64,000 bases of DNA. It comes from an uncultured candidate division Zixibacteria bacterium. Lineage in GTDB: Bacteria; Zixibacteria; MSB-5A5; GN15; PGXB01. Location of the stretch: positions 160,001 through 224,000 of the forward strand of contig OY969724.1 in NCBI GenBank assembly GCA_963702205.1, written 5' to 3'. Both the position numbers and the translations under genes were made by a program. Of the stretch, positions 31,659 to 41,337 are shown piece after piece. Each line of letters opens with the position of its first letter. Within the stretch, counting starts at the first letter, position 1. A model generated the notes under the pieces. The model was not told where the DNA came from. It worked only from the letters and a program-made list of their open reading frames with translations, and searched no databases.

Positions 31659-33230
31659 CTATGCCGCCGGCCATTGCGTGACCGTGTACTGGTTCGCCGC
31701 CGCCTCGAAACCGGCCGTCGCCTCGGCGTGATCGTCCCGCTGACGGAAACGCCAGCGAAGGCACGGCTTCGACATTCGGAAGCCCGAGGCGTTGAGTGGC
31801 ATGGAGCCGAGCCGCATGGGCCGTGTCCGGTCCACGGACAGGAGCAGCCCCGTGTGATTCAGTCTGCGGCGGTTCAGTAAGAGCGTCTCCACGCGTCTGC
31901 GGCGCGGTATGCCCGTGTCCACGTCCATCTCGAAGGATGCACGGGCCTCGGTTACATAGGCGTCGGTCAATTCAGCGAGGTTGAGCGCCTTGTTGTTCAG
32001 GGAGAAGCCGGGCCTACGGGCGCGCCAGCGGTCGACGACGTCCCATGCCCCGGATACCTCCGACCATTGGGAGTCAGCGTAGGCGGTGATGAACAGATGA
32101 CGGCCCACGGTCGCGCCGGAGACCTTGTCGTCCCGTCCGAGCCTCGAATGCCCCACGCGGAACCAATGGGAGAGCCGTGACCGCTTCCCGTACCGGTGCG
32201 TGCGGCGGTCTCCCGCAAGGTCGGGCGCATCCTGGACGGCTTCCGAGAGCATGTCTTTCTGGCGGAACTTGATCCGGCAAGGCTGAGCGGAACGATTCAG
32301 GCGCGAACGATTCAGGTCCTGGCCAGCCAGCCGGATGAACGAAACGCCCGGTTCCACTGCGGGCTTGGTTTCGATCTCGCAGCAGAACGATGCCCGCCGT
32401 TCGCTGACCCACAGGTTCGGTAGACGTTCGATGTTGAGGTTGCCGGAGTTGAGGCGGAACCGGGGCGAGCGGCCGTGCCAGCGTGAAACGCACACCGCGG
32501 CGCGCTCGATGTCCTGCATGAGCGTGGTGCTGTCGGTGATCCGCCACCATCCCCAGGTCTTGTTCTTGCGGGTCAGGTGGTAATCCGTGTTCAGTGCGTT
32601 GTGGCTGACAACGAAGGTCTCGTGCAGATGCCCGAGACAGACGCGCTCCACGACCTTCTTGATGGCCGCCTCGAAATCCGACTCCATGGACAGCAGCGTG
32701 TAGAGCCACTGCAGGAAGAACACCCGCGTACCGGAGGGATGATGGAATGGCAGCGTGTTCCGGACTCCCTGAACGAGGTTGTCGCTGTCGATACGGTAGA
32801 CGCCCAGGCTGTAGATCAGCCCCGGCAGCTTCGCCCGTCCGACGACGGAGCGGCGGTTCAGGCGCAGCGCCTTGCGGAAAGTCTCCTCGATTCGTCCTTC
32901 CCATGCTATGTCGGCGAGCGAGCGGCCGATGGCGGGGATGGTGCCTTTGCGCCGGTAGATTTCGATGGCCTCGCGGATAAGCCTGCGCTGGAGTGCAGCG
33001 TCGACGGTGGGATCGAAGCGGTGGCCGACGATCTCGCCGAGATATGGCAGGAACCGCGCCTCGCAACGATCAATGTCGAAGACCTCCGGAAAACGCTCGG
33101 CCAATACCTTGAGTTCGTCCAGACTCGCGGCCGGCACCTTGAGAATTGTTTCCAGATCACCGGACTCGTCCCGTTCCCGGTAGAGCGGTGGAAGGAGGTC
33201 GATGAGTTTTCTCTCGAAGTAAGATGACAT
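31659..33230 (-). CDS. Baseplate wedge/tail protein (P2 gpI-like N-terminus)
   Basis: L.DLLPPLYR..D, FLPYL...VG, R.LI..A...YRRKGT; follows baseplate J. Confidence 0.8.
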   Translation of the reverse strand: MSSYFERKLIDLLPPLYRERDESGDLETILKVPAASLDELKVLAERFPEVFDIDRCEARFLPYLGEIVGHRFDPTVDAALQRRLIREAIEIYRRKGTIPAIGRSLADIAWEGRIEETFRKALRLNRRSVVGRAKLPGLIYSLGVYRIDSDNLVQGVRNTLPFHHPSGTRVFFLQWLYTLLSMESDFEAAIKKVVERVCLGHLHETFVVSHNALNTDYHLTRKNKTWGWWRITDSTTLMQDIERAAVCVSRWHGRSPRFRLNSGNLNIERLPNLWVSERRASFCCEIETKPAVEPGVSFIRLAGQDLNRSRLNRSAQPCRIKFRQKDMLSEAVQDAPDLAGDRRTHRYGKRSRLSHWFRVGHSRLGRDDKVSGATVGRHLFITAYADSQWSEVSGAWDVVDRWRARRPGFSLNNKALNLAELTDAYVTEARASFEMDVDTGIPRRRRVETLLLNRRRLNHTGLLLSVDRTRPMRLGSMPLNASGFRMSKPCLRWRFRQRDDHAEATAGFEAAANQYTVTQWPAA

Positions 33231-34639
33231 CAGGACGTCCTCCTCATGTCGAGGTTGACCTGACCGAGCGCCGCGATCTGGCCGGCGCGGATGTCAACGT
33301 CCTGGATGGGCGTGTACATGCGCACGTGGCTCACGCCCCGCACGCCGTCCAGGAGCGCGACCAGGTCCGAGTAGTGAACCGGCGCTCCGAAGGTCATGCG
33401 CTCGAAGGCGAAGAAATCCGCTAATGCCTGTTCGACGCGGCTTCGGATAAGGTCGAGGTCCTCGCCTGCATAGGCATACACCTCGGCGTCAATAGAAACC
33501 GGCCGGTAGACGGGATCGAACAGGTTGATCTCGACGGTGATTACCTTGCGCGATTCCAGGTACTCCGCGAGGTCTCGTTTGAGGATCGTCGACGGTAAGT
33601 CTCCACCGTCCGGAGCCACGGCCATGTTGACCTGGTAGTAACGGATGTTCGTGCAATCGTTGACGTCGAGGACCTGTGCCTTGGCCACACCGGGAAATCC
33701 TTCGGCCAGGGCCAGGTAATCCTCCTTGGTGACTGCCTTCCAGAGCGAGCGCACCTCGGCCGGGGCCTGTCGGCGAGCGTGTTCGATGGTCTCGCGGTCG
33801 GCTCCGCCGGTCGCGGGAACCGGGTTGGTGACCGAGAGGGGAACAAGACTCCCTTCGAGGTAGATGGGCGAGAGAAGCTCAGAGACGAGATAGGGACCGA
33901 GGTTGCCCTCGGCCCCAAGTGTTTCAAGGTACTCGACGCGGATTTCCGCGCTGGTGTCGGGCTTTGCTCCGCGCAATCCGTCGCCGAAGACGATCCGAGT
34001 GATGTCCAGCGCATCGGTCTCGGCCATGAAGTGGCGCGAATCGGAGCCGCTTTCCTGGAAGTGGGATACCTCGATCCATTCCTGGTTCTGCACCCACATA
34101 CGTATCGAGCCGTAGGCGATATTTTTCCCGGCGAGGATGATCGGACCATCCGTCTCCCCGTCGGCCGTGAAGGTCTCGGTCTTGCGTTTCCCCTGGCGCG
34201 CGCCCGCATCGACGCTCGTCCGGGTCCTCGGGATCGTCGCGTCTTCGGCCGTCTCGAACACGATGTCGTTTTCTTCCAGACGGGCCCTGCACGTCGTTCC
34301 TGCGGGGATCACCAGGTCCGCGTCGAGCGGCGCGGCCAGGGAGAAACGCAAAGCGGTCGTCGCAGCCACCGGCCCGTCGAGCCGGTAGCTGATGAGCTTG
34401 CAGAGGTTGATGACGTTCTGCCGCTGGCGGGCGGTGGGCAGAAAGGCTTCCGCCGCCTGGGCGTCGAGATAGTAGGCCAGCATGTCGCCGATGCCGCAGA
34501 AGAGCTCCAGCAACACCACGCCGAGGTCGGACGCGTTGAAGTCCGTCCAGCGGTCGGTGAGCTGCGGCACCCGCGCCAGCAGTTCCCGGCGCAGGGAATC
34601 GTAGTCCTTGTTCGTGTAAGCGATGCTCGCTCTGCCCAT
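33230..34639 (-). CDS. Baseplate J / gp6-like wedge protein
   Basis: YTNKDYDSL, WTDFN.SDLG..LLE, EAFLPTA, NP.PATGG.D.E, AVT.EDY. Confidence 0.92.
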   Translation of the reverse strand: MGRASIAYTNKDYDSLRRELLARVPQLTDRWTDFNASDLGVVLLELFCGIGDMLAYYLDAQAAEAFLPTARQRQNVINLCKLISYRLDGPVAATTALRFSLAAPLDADLVIPAGTTCRARLEENDIVFETAEDATIPRTRTSVDAGARQGKRKTETFTADGETDGPIILAGKNIAYGSIRMWVQNQEWIEVSHFQESGSDSRHFMAETDALDITRIVFGDGLRGAKPDTSAEIRVEYLETLGAEGNLGPYLVSELLSPIYLEGSLVPLSVTNPVPATGGADRETIEHARRQAPAEVRSLWKAVTKEDYLALAEGFPGVAKAQVLDVNDCTNIRYYQVNMAVAPDGGDLPSTILKRDLAEYLESRKVITVEINLFDPVYRPVSIDAEVYAYAGEDLDLIRSRVEQALADFFAFERMTFGAPVHYSDLVALLDGVRGVSHVRMYTPIQDVDIRAGQIAALGQVNLDMRRTS

Positions 34640-34706
34640 TTCCGTTCATCCGTAGAGGTTCGGTCACAAGTGGTCCCACCGGACGAGCCGGACGAGGACC
34701 CGCTTG

Positions 34707-35162
34707 TTACTTACCGGCAACGGCGTGGAACTGTCGGGGCGGAGCGGATTGGCGCGGCTCGCGGTAGAAGGGATAAACCAGGTTGCCTTCCACCTGGCTC
34801 CGGATGACACGGTAGGCGATGCGGACCGGGAAAAGATTGCGGTCCTTGTTCAACGGAGAATCGTCGAAAGAGACGCCGGTGATGACGACCCGCTTCTCCC
34901 AGCGTTTCACGGCGTCGATCACATAATGGCGGATAAGGCCCTTCAGCACCTCGTCGTTCGGTTCAAACACCAGGTCCTTGAGCCTGGAGCCGAACTCGGG
35001 GCGCATGAAGCGTTCACCCGGCCGGGTGCCGAGAATCTGGATGACGCTCTCGTGGATGTGTTCGTGTTCGGTGGAGGTGGCCGAGGAGACCTGCGCGCCT
35101 CCGGACCGCCGCTGAAAGCGGAAGGGGAACTTCAACCCGTGTCCGAGAAAGTCCAGAGCCAT
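34707..35162 (-). CDS. Baseplate gp25/GpW-like protein
   Basis: FLG.GL.FPF, I..ILGT.PGER.MRPEFGS, WEKRV, NLVYPFY. Confidence 0.92.
   Translation of the reverse strand: MALDFLGHGLKFPFRFQRRSGGAQVSSATSTEHEHIHESVIQILGTRPGERFMRPEFGSRLKDLVFEPNDEVLKGLIRHYVIDAVKRWEKRVVITGVSFDDSPLNKDRNLFPVRIAYRVIRSQVEGNLVYPFYREPRQSAPPRQFHAVAGK
34708..34737 (-). promoter_or_regulatory. Putative phage late promoter, copy 1
   Basis: Minus strand CCGACA-N14-CCGGTAAGTA upstream of baseplate J, overlapping the 3' end of the gp25 ORF. Confidence 0.7.
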
Positions 35163-36133
35163 CAGTCACGCTCCTCGCAGATGCCGGCGGACGGACCGCC
35201 AGAGCCTGGGACACCGCCGGCGTCATCGCCCTCCGGGAAATGTATGACCAGGTCCAAGCCGTTCGCCAATGCGATATGGATGGTCCCGTCGGCCTCGATG
35301 ACGCCCTTGTGGCCGCTTTCCATCGCCGCGAATCCCTTGGCCCCACCGGGTACCAGACGAACCTCGATATCCTCTCCCACGCCTTCGATCCGGGAAATAC
35401 CGATCACCACCGAGGTGCCCGCGGGGTTACCGATCATGGCCGTGCGCTCAAGTTGGAAGACATCCAGCCGGTATCCGCCCGGCAGCTCCACGCGGTACCG
35501 CCCTTGCGCGGTCGATACCGGATCAATGTCCAGGGGAAGCCCCTCTATCCCAGCCGCCTCATGGGTCACCTGCACCGCCTCTGGCTTGAGCATAAGCTCC
35601 CGGCCGTCGGGAAGGGTCACCACGCCGCCGCGCGCGGGTTCGAGAAGGGTCACAGAGCCATCCATGCCGATGGCCGTCAGTCTTCCATCCGGCCCTACCC
35701 GAACCATGACGCCGTCGGCGAGGGTGAAAAGGCGTCCTCCGTCGGGAAGGTCTCTCACAACTGTGCCTGCGGGCATCGTGACGAACGGGTCGAAATCCGT
35801 CGGCGTGGGTTGATCCACGACCTGCATGTATTGCTGCGCGCTCTCGGCGTGCGCTTCCAGTACCGTCTGAGCTTCCGCCCGCAAGGCTTCGGAGGCGTCG
35901 TGACTCTGCTGCAGGATGGTTTTGATCTCGGCCAAGCTGTCTCGAACCTGCCGGAGATAGGGCTCCTCACCCTCGCCGTCCGTCACGCCGAGCCCGTCGG
36001 CGAGCAGGCGGACCAGCGCCATGATCTCGTAATGGGACGGCGACGAACTGGTCTGCTCGATGATCGGCCCGCCTTCCTCCCCGTAGCCATATCCGTACCC
36101 GTATCCAAAGCCCTCTTCGTCTAACATCACCAT
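35162..36133 (-). CDS. Hypothetical acidic protein with GY repeat and beta-hairpin repeats
   Basis: GFGYGYGYGYG N-terminus; repeated LPDG/LADG/LPGG/LANG turns. Confidence 0.7.
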   Translation of the reverse strand: MVMLDEEGFGYGYGYGYGEEGGPIIEQTSSSPSHYEIMALVRLLADGLGVTDGEGEEPYLRQVRDSLAEIKTILQQSHDASEALRAEAQTVLEAHAESAQQYMQVVDQPTPTDFDPFVTMPAGTVVRDLPDGGRLFTLADGVMVRVGPDGRLTAIGMDGSVTLLEPARGGVVTLPDGRELMLKPEAVQVTHEAAGIEGLPLDIDPVSTAQGRYRVELPGGYRLDVFQLERTAMIGNPAGTSVVIGISRIEGVGEDIEVRLVPGGAKGFAAMESGHKGVIEADGTIHIALANGLDLVIHFPEGDDAGGVPGSGGPSAGICEERD

Positions 36134-36145
36134 GACGAATATCTC

Positions 36146-36433
36146 CTATGATGGAATGCCATATCCGCCTCCGCTTTCCTCGACCACTTCGACCTGGATG
36201 TAGCGGACACTGTCCCGCGATGGAGAATCGTAGACCATGATGACCGTCGCTCCGACACTCCAGCCGAGTTGCACTCGTCCTTCCCAGTCGACCCAGGCAA
36301 TGTCCGAATTGACAGATTCGTACTGCAATTCGCCCTGGGGGTTTCCACGGATCGAAAGGGGGATCGACATGGACCACCAACTGCGGGTGACCCGGATCGA
36401 TTTTGGAAATACATCCCAGTAACGGAAATCCAT
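36146..36433 (-). CDS. Hypothetical phage protein
   Basis: 95 aa with GAGG RBS, between PAAR and the GY-repeat gene. Confidence 0.6.
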   Translation of the reverse strand: MDFRYWDVFPKSIRVTRSWWSMSIPLSIRGNPQGELQYESVNSDIAWVDWEGRVQLGWSVGATVIMVYDSPSRDSVRYIQVEVVEESGGGYGIPS

Positions 36434-36443
36434 TCCTCGCTCC

Positions 36444-36716
36444 TCAATTGTCGTCGGTGTTCAGGCTGCCGGTCACGATGATCGCTCCACAGGCCGTGAT
36501 GTCGCCGATGCGGGCGTTGGGCAGCCCTTCGGTCGCGGTGTCGAAACTGCCTGTCACGATGGGGGTCACGCCGTGCCCTGGTATCGGGCAGACGTGTAGG
36601 TCGCCCAGGCGCGCCGCCGGTCTTCCGTTGACGACCGTGCGAAGCGCCCCGGTGATGATCACTCCGCCGTGGCTGGAGATGTCGCCGAGTCTCGCCTGGG
36701 GTCTCGCCATGGTCAT
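36444..36716 (-). CDS. PAAR spike-tip protein
   Basis: QARLGD, SHGG, GRPAARLGD.H.CP..GH, NARIGD..ACG; ATGA overlap at 36713-36716. Confidence 0.92.
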   Translation of the reverse strand: MTMARPQARLGDISSHGGVIITGALRTVVNGRPAARLGDLHVCPIPGHGVTPIVTGSFDTATEGLPNARIGDITACGAIIVTGSLNTDDN

Positions 36717-37087
36717 TTCCCCGTCAGGAGGTGGATCAGAAAGCCGACAATGCCGCCCACGACACCGCCGACGGTCAGCACAAGCCCAACCACCTTCCAC
36801 ATCGTCTCGACGCCCATCTTCTCGTTCATGCCCGACTGCAGGTTCTTGATGTCATCGGTATGGCGGCGCAGGTCGTCCTGGATGCTGCGCACCAGAAGGT
36901 CCACGTTCTCCTTGTCCGACTTTTTCTCGATCTCGCGTTCAATCTTCTCGAGGCGCGCCTGGATTTCCCGCCGATGGTCTTCAAGGATGGTACGGAACTC
37001 AGCCCGCCACGATTCAAAGGTGCGCGCGAGGAGACGTTCACTTTGCTCCCAATTACACGGTGTGTGGCCGAGTTCACGTTCATCCAT
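36713..37087 (-). CDS. Coiled-coil protein with C-terminal TM helix (holin/XhlA-like)
   Basis: Heptad-rich body and VVGLVLTVGGVVGGIVGFLI tail. Confidence 0.6.
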   Translation of the reverse strand: MDERELGHTPCNWEQSERLLARTFESWRAEFRTILEDHRREIQARLEKIEREIEKKSDKENVDLLVRSIQDDLRRHTDDIKNLQSGMNEKMGVETMWKVVGLVLTVGGVVGGIVGFLIHLLTGK

Positions 37088-37847
37088 CGGGGTTTCTCCT
37101 TTTCAATGAGAATCGCTCGTGAATCTGAAGATCGACTTCGAAGCGCTCGGACAGGCCACGACGTTTCAAAGCCCTTGAAATGGCCTCCCGAGACCAGTGG
37201 ACCTGCTCCAATCTCATCTCTTGGGAAACGGATTTATGATGGATACGATAATGGTAAAGAGGTTTTTGGATGCGACGGATCTCGGTGATTTCCGATAGGC
37301 GCAAGCAAAGGTCGTAATCCTCGGCGCATCTGAATTCGTCGTCGATGCCGCCTGCCTGCTCGAAAGCCGAGCGTCGGATGAGGCGAAAATGGAAGGTCAT
37401 AAAGTCGAGGAGCATCCGGTCCTTTGAATAGGGAATCCGACAGCGCCTGCCGTAACTCTTGACCTGGTCGGATGCGTCGATGACCTGGTAGTCCGTATAA
37501 ACCATTCCGACGGTCGGATTTCCTTCCAAGACCGCGACCGTCTCCTCCAAAGCCGTGGGAGCGAGCATATCGTCGCTGTCCACCCAGCACAGGTATTGTC
37601 CGAAGGTATCCGCCAAGGCGGACTTCAAAGACTTGACGGCTCCTCTGTGGTCATAGGCAGCGAGGCGGACCCGGCTGTCCTTTTTGGCGCATTCGATGGC
37701 TACTTTCGCAGTCCCATCATTTGAGCCGTCATCCCAAACAAGCAGATCGAAATCTTGGTAGGTTTGGGCAAGAACGCTTTCGATGGCTCTGCCGATGTAG
37801 CGCTCGCGGTTATATCCTCGGATGACTATTGAAACGGATGGATGCAT
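37080..37847 (-). CDS. Family 2 glycosyltransferase
   Basis: VSIVI..YN..YI..AIESVL.QT, DDGS.D, VDSDD, AEDYDL.LR. Confidence 0.92.
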   Translation of the reverse strand: MHPSVSIVIRGYNRERYIGRAIESVLAQTYQDFDLLVWDDGSNDGTAKVAIECAKKDSRVRLAAYDHRGAVKSLKSALADTFGQYLCWVDSDDMLAPTALEETVAVLEGNPTVGMVYTDYQVIDASDQVKSYGRRCRIPYSKDRMLLDFMTFHFRLIRRSAFEQAGGIDDEFRCAEDYDLCLRLSEITEIRRIQKPLYHYRIHHKSVSQEMRLEQVHWSREAISRALKRRGLSERFEVDLQIHERFSLKRRNPDG

Positions 37848-37858
37848 AGGTTCTTCCT

Positions 37859-38908
37859 TTAAGGGTTGATCAGCACCTTGTTCGAGGATCGAATGACGAT
37901 GTTCCCCATGACGGCGTCCATGAGGATCACGCTTCCGGATTTATCAGTGGCTTGAATGCGTTCCCGGCCGGCAGCCGCGTTCATCACGACGACCTGGCCG
38001 GCTTTGTCCGTGAGGCGGATCATCTCGGTCCCGGCGGTGGAATCGATGAGGATTTCCTGCGTGCCGCAGAGACCCCAGATGTGGACCTTCTCTTTGCCCT
38101 TGGTGGTATCGATGAGAATCTTCTGCCAGCGGGCGCGGGACTTGTCGCAGGACTGGATATGGATTTTCTCCTTGTCCTTCCACGCCTCCCAGCGCACGAA
38201 CTGGCGGCACAGATCGGTGATCTCGATCCGGGCCTTCTGGTCCTTGATGTCCGAGTCGATGTCGAGCTGGTCGCCCTGCTCGGCGTCCTTGGTTCCTCGG
38301 CGGCGTGCGTTGCCGGTCTGAACGTCGCGCTTCACGCGGCATTCCATGTGCAGAATCTGGCCGGCCCGGTCGATGACCTTGAGGAACTCCTCCTCGTCCC
38401 GGTCGTCGAGAACGATGGTGTGGCCGGTCTCGGTCTTGAGCAGAACCTTGCGGCGCGGGCAGTAGTACGGCGGGTGACCGTGGTGCTTCTTGTGCTCCAG
38501 GTCGTCCCGCCGGTCGGGCTTGTGCTCGACTTTGTCCTCGCAGTCATGGCAGGTCGGATCGGAGCACAGGCGCTTGGATTCCTCCGGCTGTTCGCCGGGG
38601 TTGCTCTTGGCCAGCCAGACGCCGGACCAGATCGGGTATTGGACGTTTCCGCCCTCGAACTCGGCCCAGACGGACGCGCCTTCTTCGGGGACGAGAAACA
38701 GGCCGATGTCCTCGTTGCCGCCGTAGGGAAAGCATGGCCACGCCCACTCCGACCAGTTTTCCTTGCCGGTGCCGAGCACGGCCGGGATTTCCAGCCGGCA
38801 GCGGCCGAGCCGCTCCGGATCGTTGTTGTCTCGCAAGAACGCCCGGTACTTTCCGTACCAGCGATTCTTGTAGCGTTCCTCGTGCTGGCGGTCCTGGGTC
38901 TCGATCAC
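37859..38908 (-). CDS. Baseplate spike protein (gpV/gp5 OB-fold, VgrG C-terminal half)
   Basis: YGKYRA...NNDPERLGR, WAWPC.P..G, P..GA.VW.EFEGG...PIW.G, T.TGH.I..DD, beta-helix-like tail. Confidence 0.9.
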   Translation of the reverse strand: MIETQDRQHEERYKNRWYGKYRAFLRDNNDPERLGRCRLEIPAVLGTGKENWSEWAWPCFPYGGNEDIGLFLVPEEGASVWAEFEGGNVQYPIWSGVWLAKSNPGEQPEESKRLCSDPTCHDCEDKVEHKPDRRDDLEHKKHHGHPPYYCPRRKVLLKTETGHTIVLDDRDEEEFLKVIDRAGQILHMECRVKRDVQTGNARRRGTKDAEQGDQLDIDSDIKDQKARIEITDLCRQFVRWEAWKDKEKIHIQSCDKSRARWQKILIDTTKGKEKVHIWGLCGTQEILIDSTAGTEMIRLTDKAGQVVVMNAAAGRERIQATDKSGSVILMDAVMGNIVIRSSNKVLINP

Positions 38909-38923
38909 GGTTCGTCCTCCGGG

Positions 38924-39259
38924 TTACTTCAGTGGCAGAACGCCCCGCAGGACCTCGCGCACGATGCGGGTGACCGTTCCGTCCGGCGTCTTCTTCGGAT
39001 CGGCTTTGGCCACGGCATGACGCAAGGCGTCCTGCGCTGCGGTGTCGAGCTTGAGTTCCTGGCCGGCGACGCCGGTCTTGACCTCTTTCGCGCCGACCCG
39101 CTCGATGACGCCGATCACCGCTTCCAGTGCGGCGGCTTTGGCCTGGCCCCAGGCGGTGAGCTTGATGACGGTGAGCAGGGTCACGATCAGGGTCGCGATG
39201 AGTTCCTTGTGGTTCAGGATGAAGGTCAGAATCTGTTCAAACTGCTGCATTGCGGTCAC
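38924..39259 (-). CDS. Putative holin
   Basis: Single N-terminal hydrophobic helix LIATLIVTLLTVI; overlaps the endolysin. Confidence 0.5.
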   Translation of the reverse strand: MTAMQQFEQILTFILNHKELIATLIVTLLTVIKLTAWGQAKAAALEAVIGVIERVGAKEVKTGVAGQELKLDTAAQDALRHAVAKADPKKTPDGTVTRIVREVLRGVLPLK

Positions 39260-39668
39260 CTCCGTTGGTTTTCATGGCTTCTTCGAACGACATGTATTTC
39301 CCGCCGAGATGGCCCCAACGGGTCCGTCCCTCGCGGATGTCGACGTGGATGAATCCCTGCTCCGGGTAGACGCCGATCCCGCCCTCGCGGAAAGCCGCCA
39401 CCCGCTCGGCGAGTTCGTACATCCCGGCGATGGACAAGCCTTTGATCACGATGTCTGCGGCGTGTCCGAGCAGGTGCCGACTCTGTTTCGCGCCGCCAAC
39501 GGCACGGTTGTGGTCGGGGCAGCGGTAGCCGCTGGTGACGCGGACGGGCGTGTCCGCAAGATCGCGGAGTTGCTGGAGCGCCTCCACCAGGCGGGGATCG
39601 ATCTCGACTCTGCCGCAACACCGGCAGACAAACTCGCTTTTTGAAAAATTCCTGCTCAGATCTCCCAT
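39237..39668 (-). CDS. Peptidase M15A family endolysin
   Basis: NFS.SEF.C.CCG, VTSGYRC..HN..VGG...S.H..G.AADI, FIHVD.R. Confidence 0.9.
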   Translation of the reverse strand: MGDLSRNFSKSEFVCRCCGRVEIDPRLVEALQQLRDLADTPVRVTSGYRCPDHNRAVGGAKQSRHLLGHAADIVIKGLSIAGMYELAERVAAFREGGIGVYPEQGFIHVDIREGRTRWGHLGGKYMSFEEAMKTNGGDRNAAV

Positions 39669-39681
39669 GTATCTTTCCTCC

Positions 39682-40948
39682 TCACAGCCTCCGCCCGCTG
39701 TCCGCGTCGATGGTCACCATCGGCGGCGGTTCTTCCTTCGGCGTGGGCGGCGCTTCCTGGTCGTTCTGCTTGCCCTTGGCCTCATCCGACTTGTCGCCGG
39801 CCCCTTTGCCCAGGGCGTTCTTCTTGAGTTTCAGTTCGCAGTGATATCCGCCTTCGCCGATGACGTGGCGGACCGAATGGCAGTAGTAGACGCCAGAGAA
39901 CTTGCGGCCCACGCTCTTGACCTCCACGTTTTGCTTGGCGCGCAGCGCGGGGATGCCGATGGTCACCGCGTCGGCTTCAACCTGGCGGAGTTCGGCCTCG
40001 CGGAATTTCCCCTCGGAGAGGTCCTGGGCCGGCTCCTGCCGGGGTTCCTCGTGGAAGCCCTCGGAGCGGTCAAAGGTGGCAACCACCTGCCCGGACTCCT
40101 GCTCCTTGTAAGCCCCTTCGCCGGTGTTTCCGTCCACCAGATAGGTCCGCTTGCCGAGCGATGTCCGCTCCGGCGTGGTCTCGTTGTTGGCCTTGTGTTC
40201 GACCGGCTCCTTTTTGCGCGGGTCGACGCCGGCGGCCTTGGTCTCCACGCCCGCTCCCTTGGCCCCCTGTGACTGGGTCGAGGGACGGAATGAACGCAGA
40301 ACGCCCTTGCGGTCGGTGAAGTACTCGAGGATCGCGGCGGGCTTTTTATCCAGGTCGCGGGGATGGAAATGCAGTTCATCGTCCTGGATATAGAAGACGT
40401 ACCCCGTGACGCCGTCGCCGTCCTTGTCGCGCGCCTTTCCGGCCAGGTCCTTGAGGAGCTGAGCGTCGGAGACGTTGCTCTGCGTCACACGCAGATGGCG
40501 AACCTTTGTGGGCGTGACCACCGGCGTGAGGCTGTTGGCCCCCGCGATCTCCTCGGCGATTTCGGAGTAGAGGATGCCGGGTGCGGGTTTCTGCCAGACC
40601 TTCTGATTTTCCTTCCCGGCCAGCTTGAAGCCTTTGTCGTAGGCCTTGATGCGGATGGTCGGGTCGCCGTCCTCCGGGAAGTCGTAGTCGATGTCCTTGA
40701 TGACCGCCTTCTTGCGCGGCGAGAGGTTGCCGACGTATCCGAAGCGGGCAACGATCTCGTTGCCTTCCTGGAACAGGGGATCGTCGACGAACTGGAGGTT
40801 TCGGTCGGTGACCGCCAGCTCCAACACGTCGAGTTCCTCCTCGTTGTCTTCGAAGACGAACGCAGGTGATCTCCTGCGTGATATCCGCCGAGAGGGTCTG
40901 CCCCTCGATCTGGATCACAAAAGTCGGTTTGAATGTGTCGATGTCCAT
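39682..40948 (-). CDS. Late control D / gp27-like baseplate hub, frameshift near 40860
   Basis: N-terminus MDIDTFKPTFVIQIEG (ORF 40376..40948) continues into ORF 39682..40827 with FGY, Q...SD..LL..LA, G.P.LRA, G.KFSG.YY...V.H. Confidence 0.85.
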
Positions 40949-40993
40949 GCGTCGATCTCCAGTGGGACCGCCTGAAAGACGGACTCCACCGGA

Positions 40994-41023
40994 TACTTAC
41001 CGGCGCGGGGCGATAGTTGTCGG
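40994..41023 (-). promoter_or_regulatory. Putative phage late promoter, copy 2
   Basis: Minus strand CCGACA-N14-CCGGTAAGTA, intergenic, upstream of the hub gene. Confidence 0.75.
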
Positions 41024-41046
41024 GATGGACGGATGAGCCGGGGGAC

Positions 41047-41337
41047 TTAATCCAGGAGCCGCATGCTGACGTGTTCGGCAGAGGGAATGCGCAGGATGGT
41101 CCCCGGCGTCAGTTCCAGGGGGAAGAAGATGTCGTTGTAGTCGCAGATGATCCACCACAGATCGGCCTGTCCCAGATAGCGTTGCGCCAGCAGATCGACA
41201 CGGTCCCCTTCGACCACCGTGTGAAACCGGTCGTCGGGGCGAGGCTTGCTCTCGAGAGGCGGACGCGTGCCCAGAAAATCTCCGTCACCCGACGCATAGA
41301 GAATGGCTGCCGCGTATCTGGATCGCCGTCCGATCAT
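41047..41337 (-). CDS. LysM / tail protein X-like baseplate protein
   Basis: HTVVEGDRVDLLA.RYLG...LWW.I...N...P..L.PG..LRIP. Confidence 0.88.
   Translation of the reverse strand: MIGRRSRYAAAILYASGDGDFLGTRPPLESKPRPDDRFHTVVEGDRVDLLAQRYLGQADLWWIICDYNDIFFPLELTPGTILRIPSAEHVSMRLLD

Noticed and set aside
38924..39259. Dual-start holin/antiholin (GTG 39259, ATG 39250)
   Set aside because: No basic residue between the two starts, unlike lambda S; probably just start ambiguity
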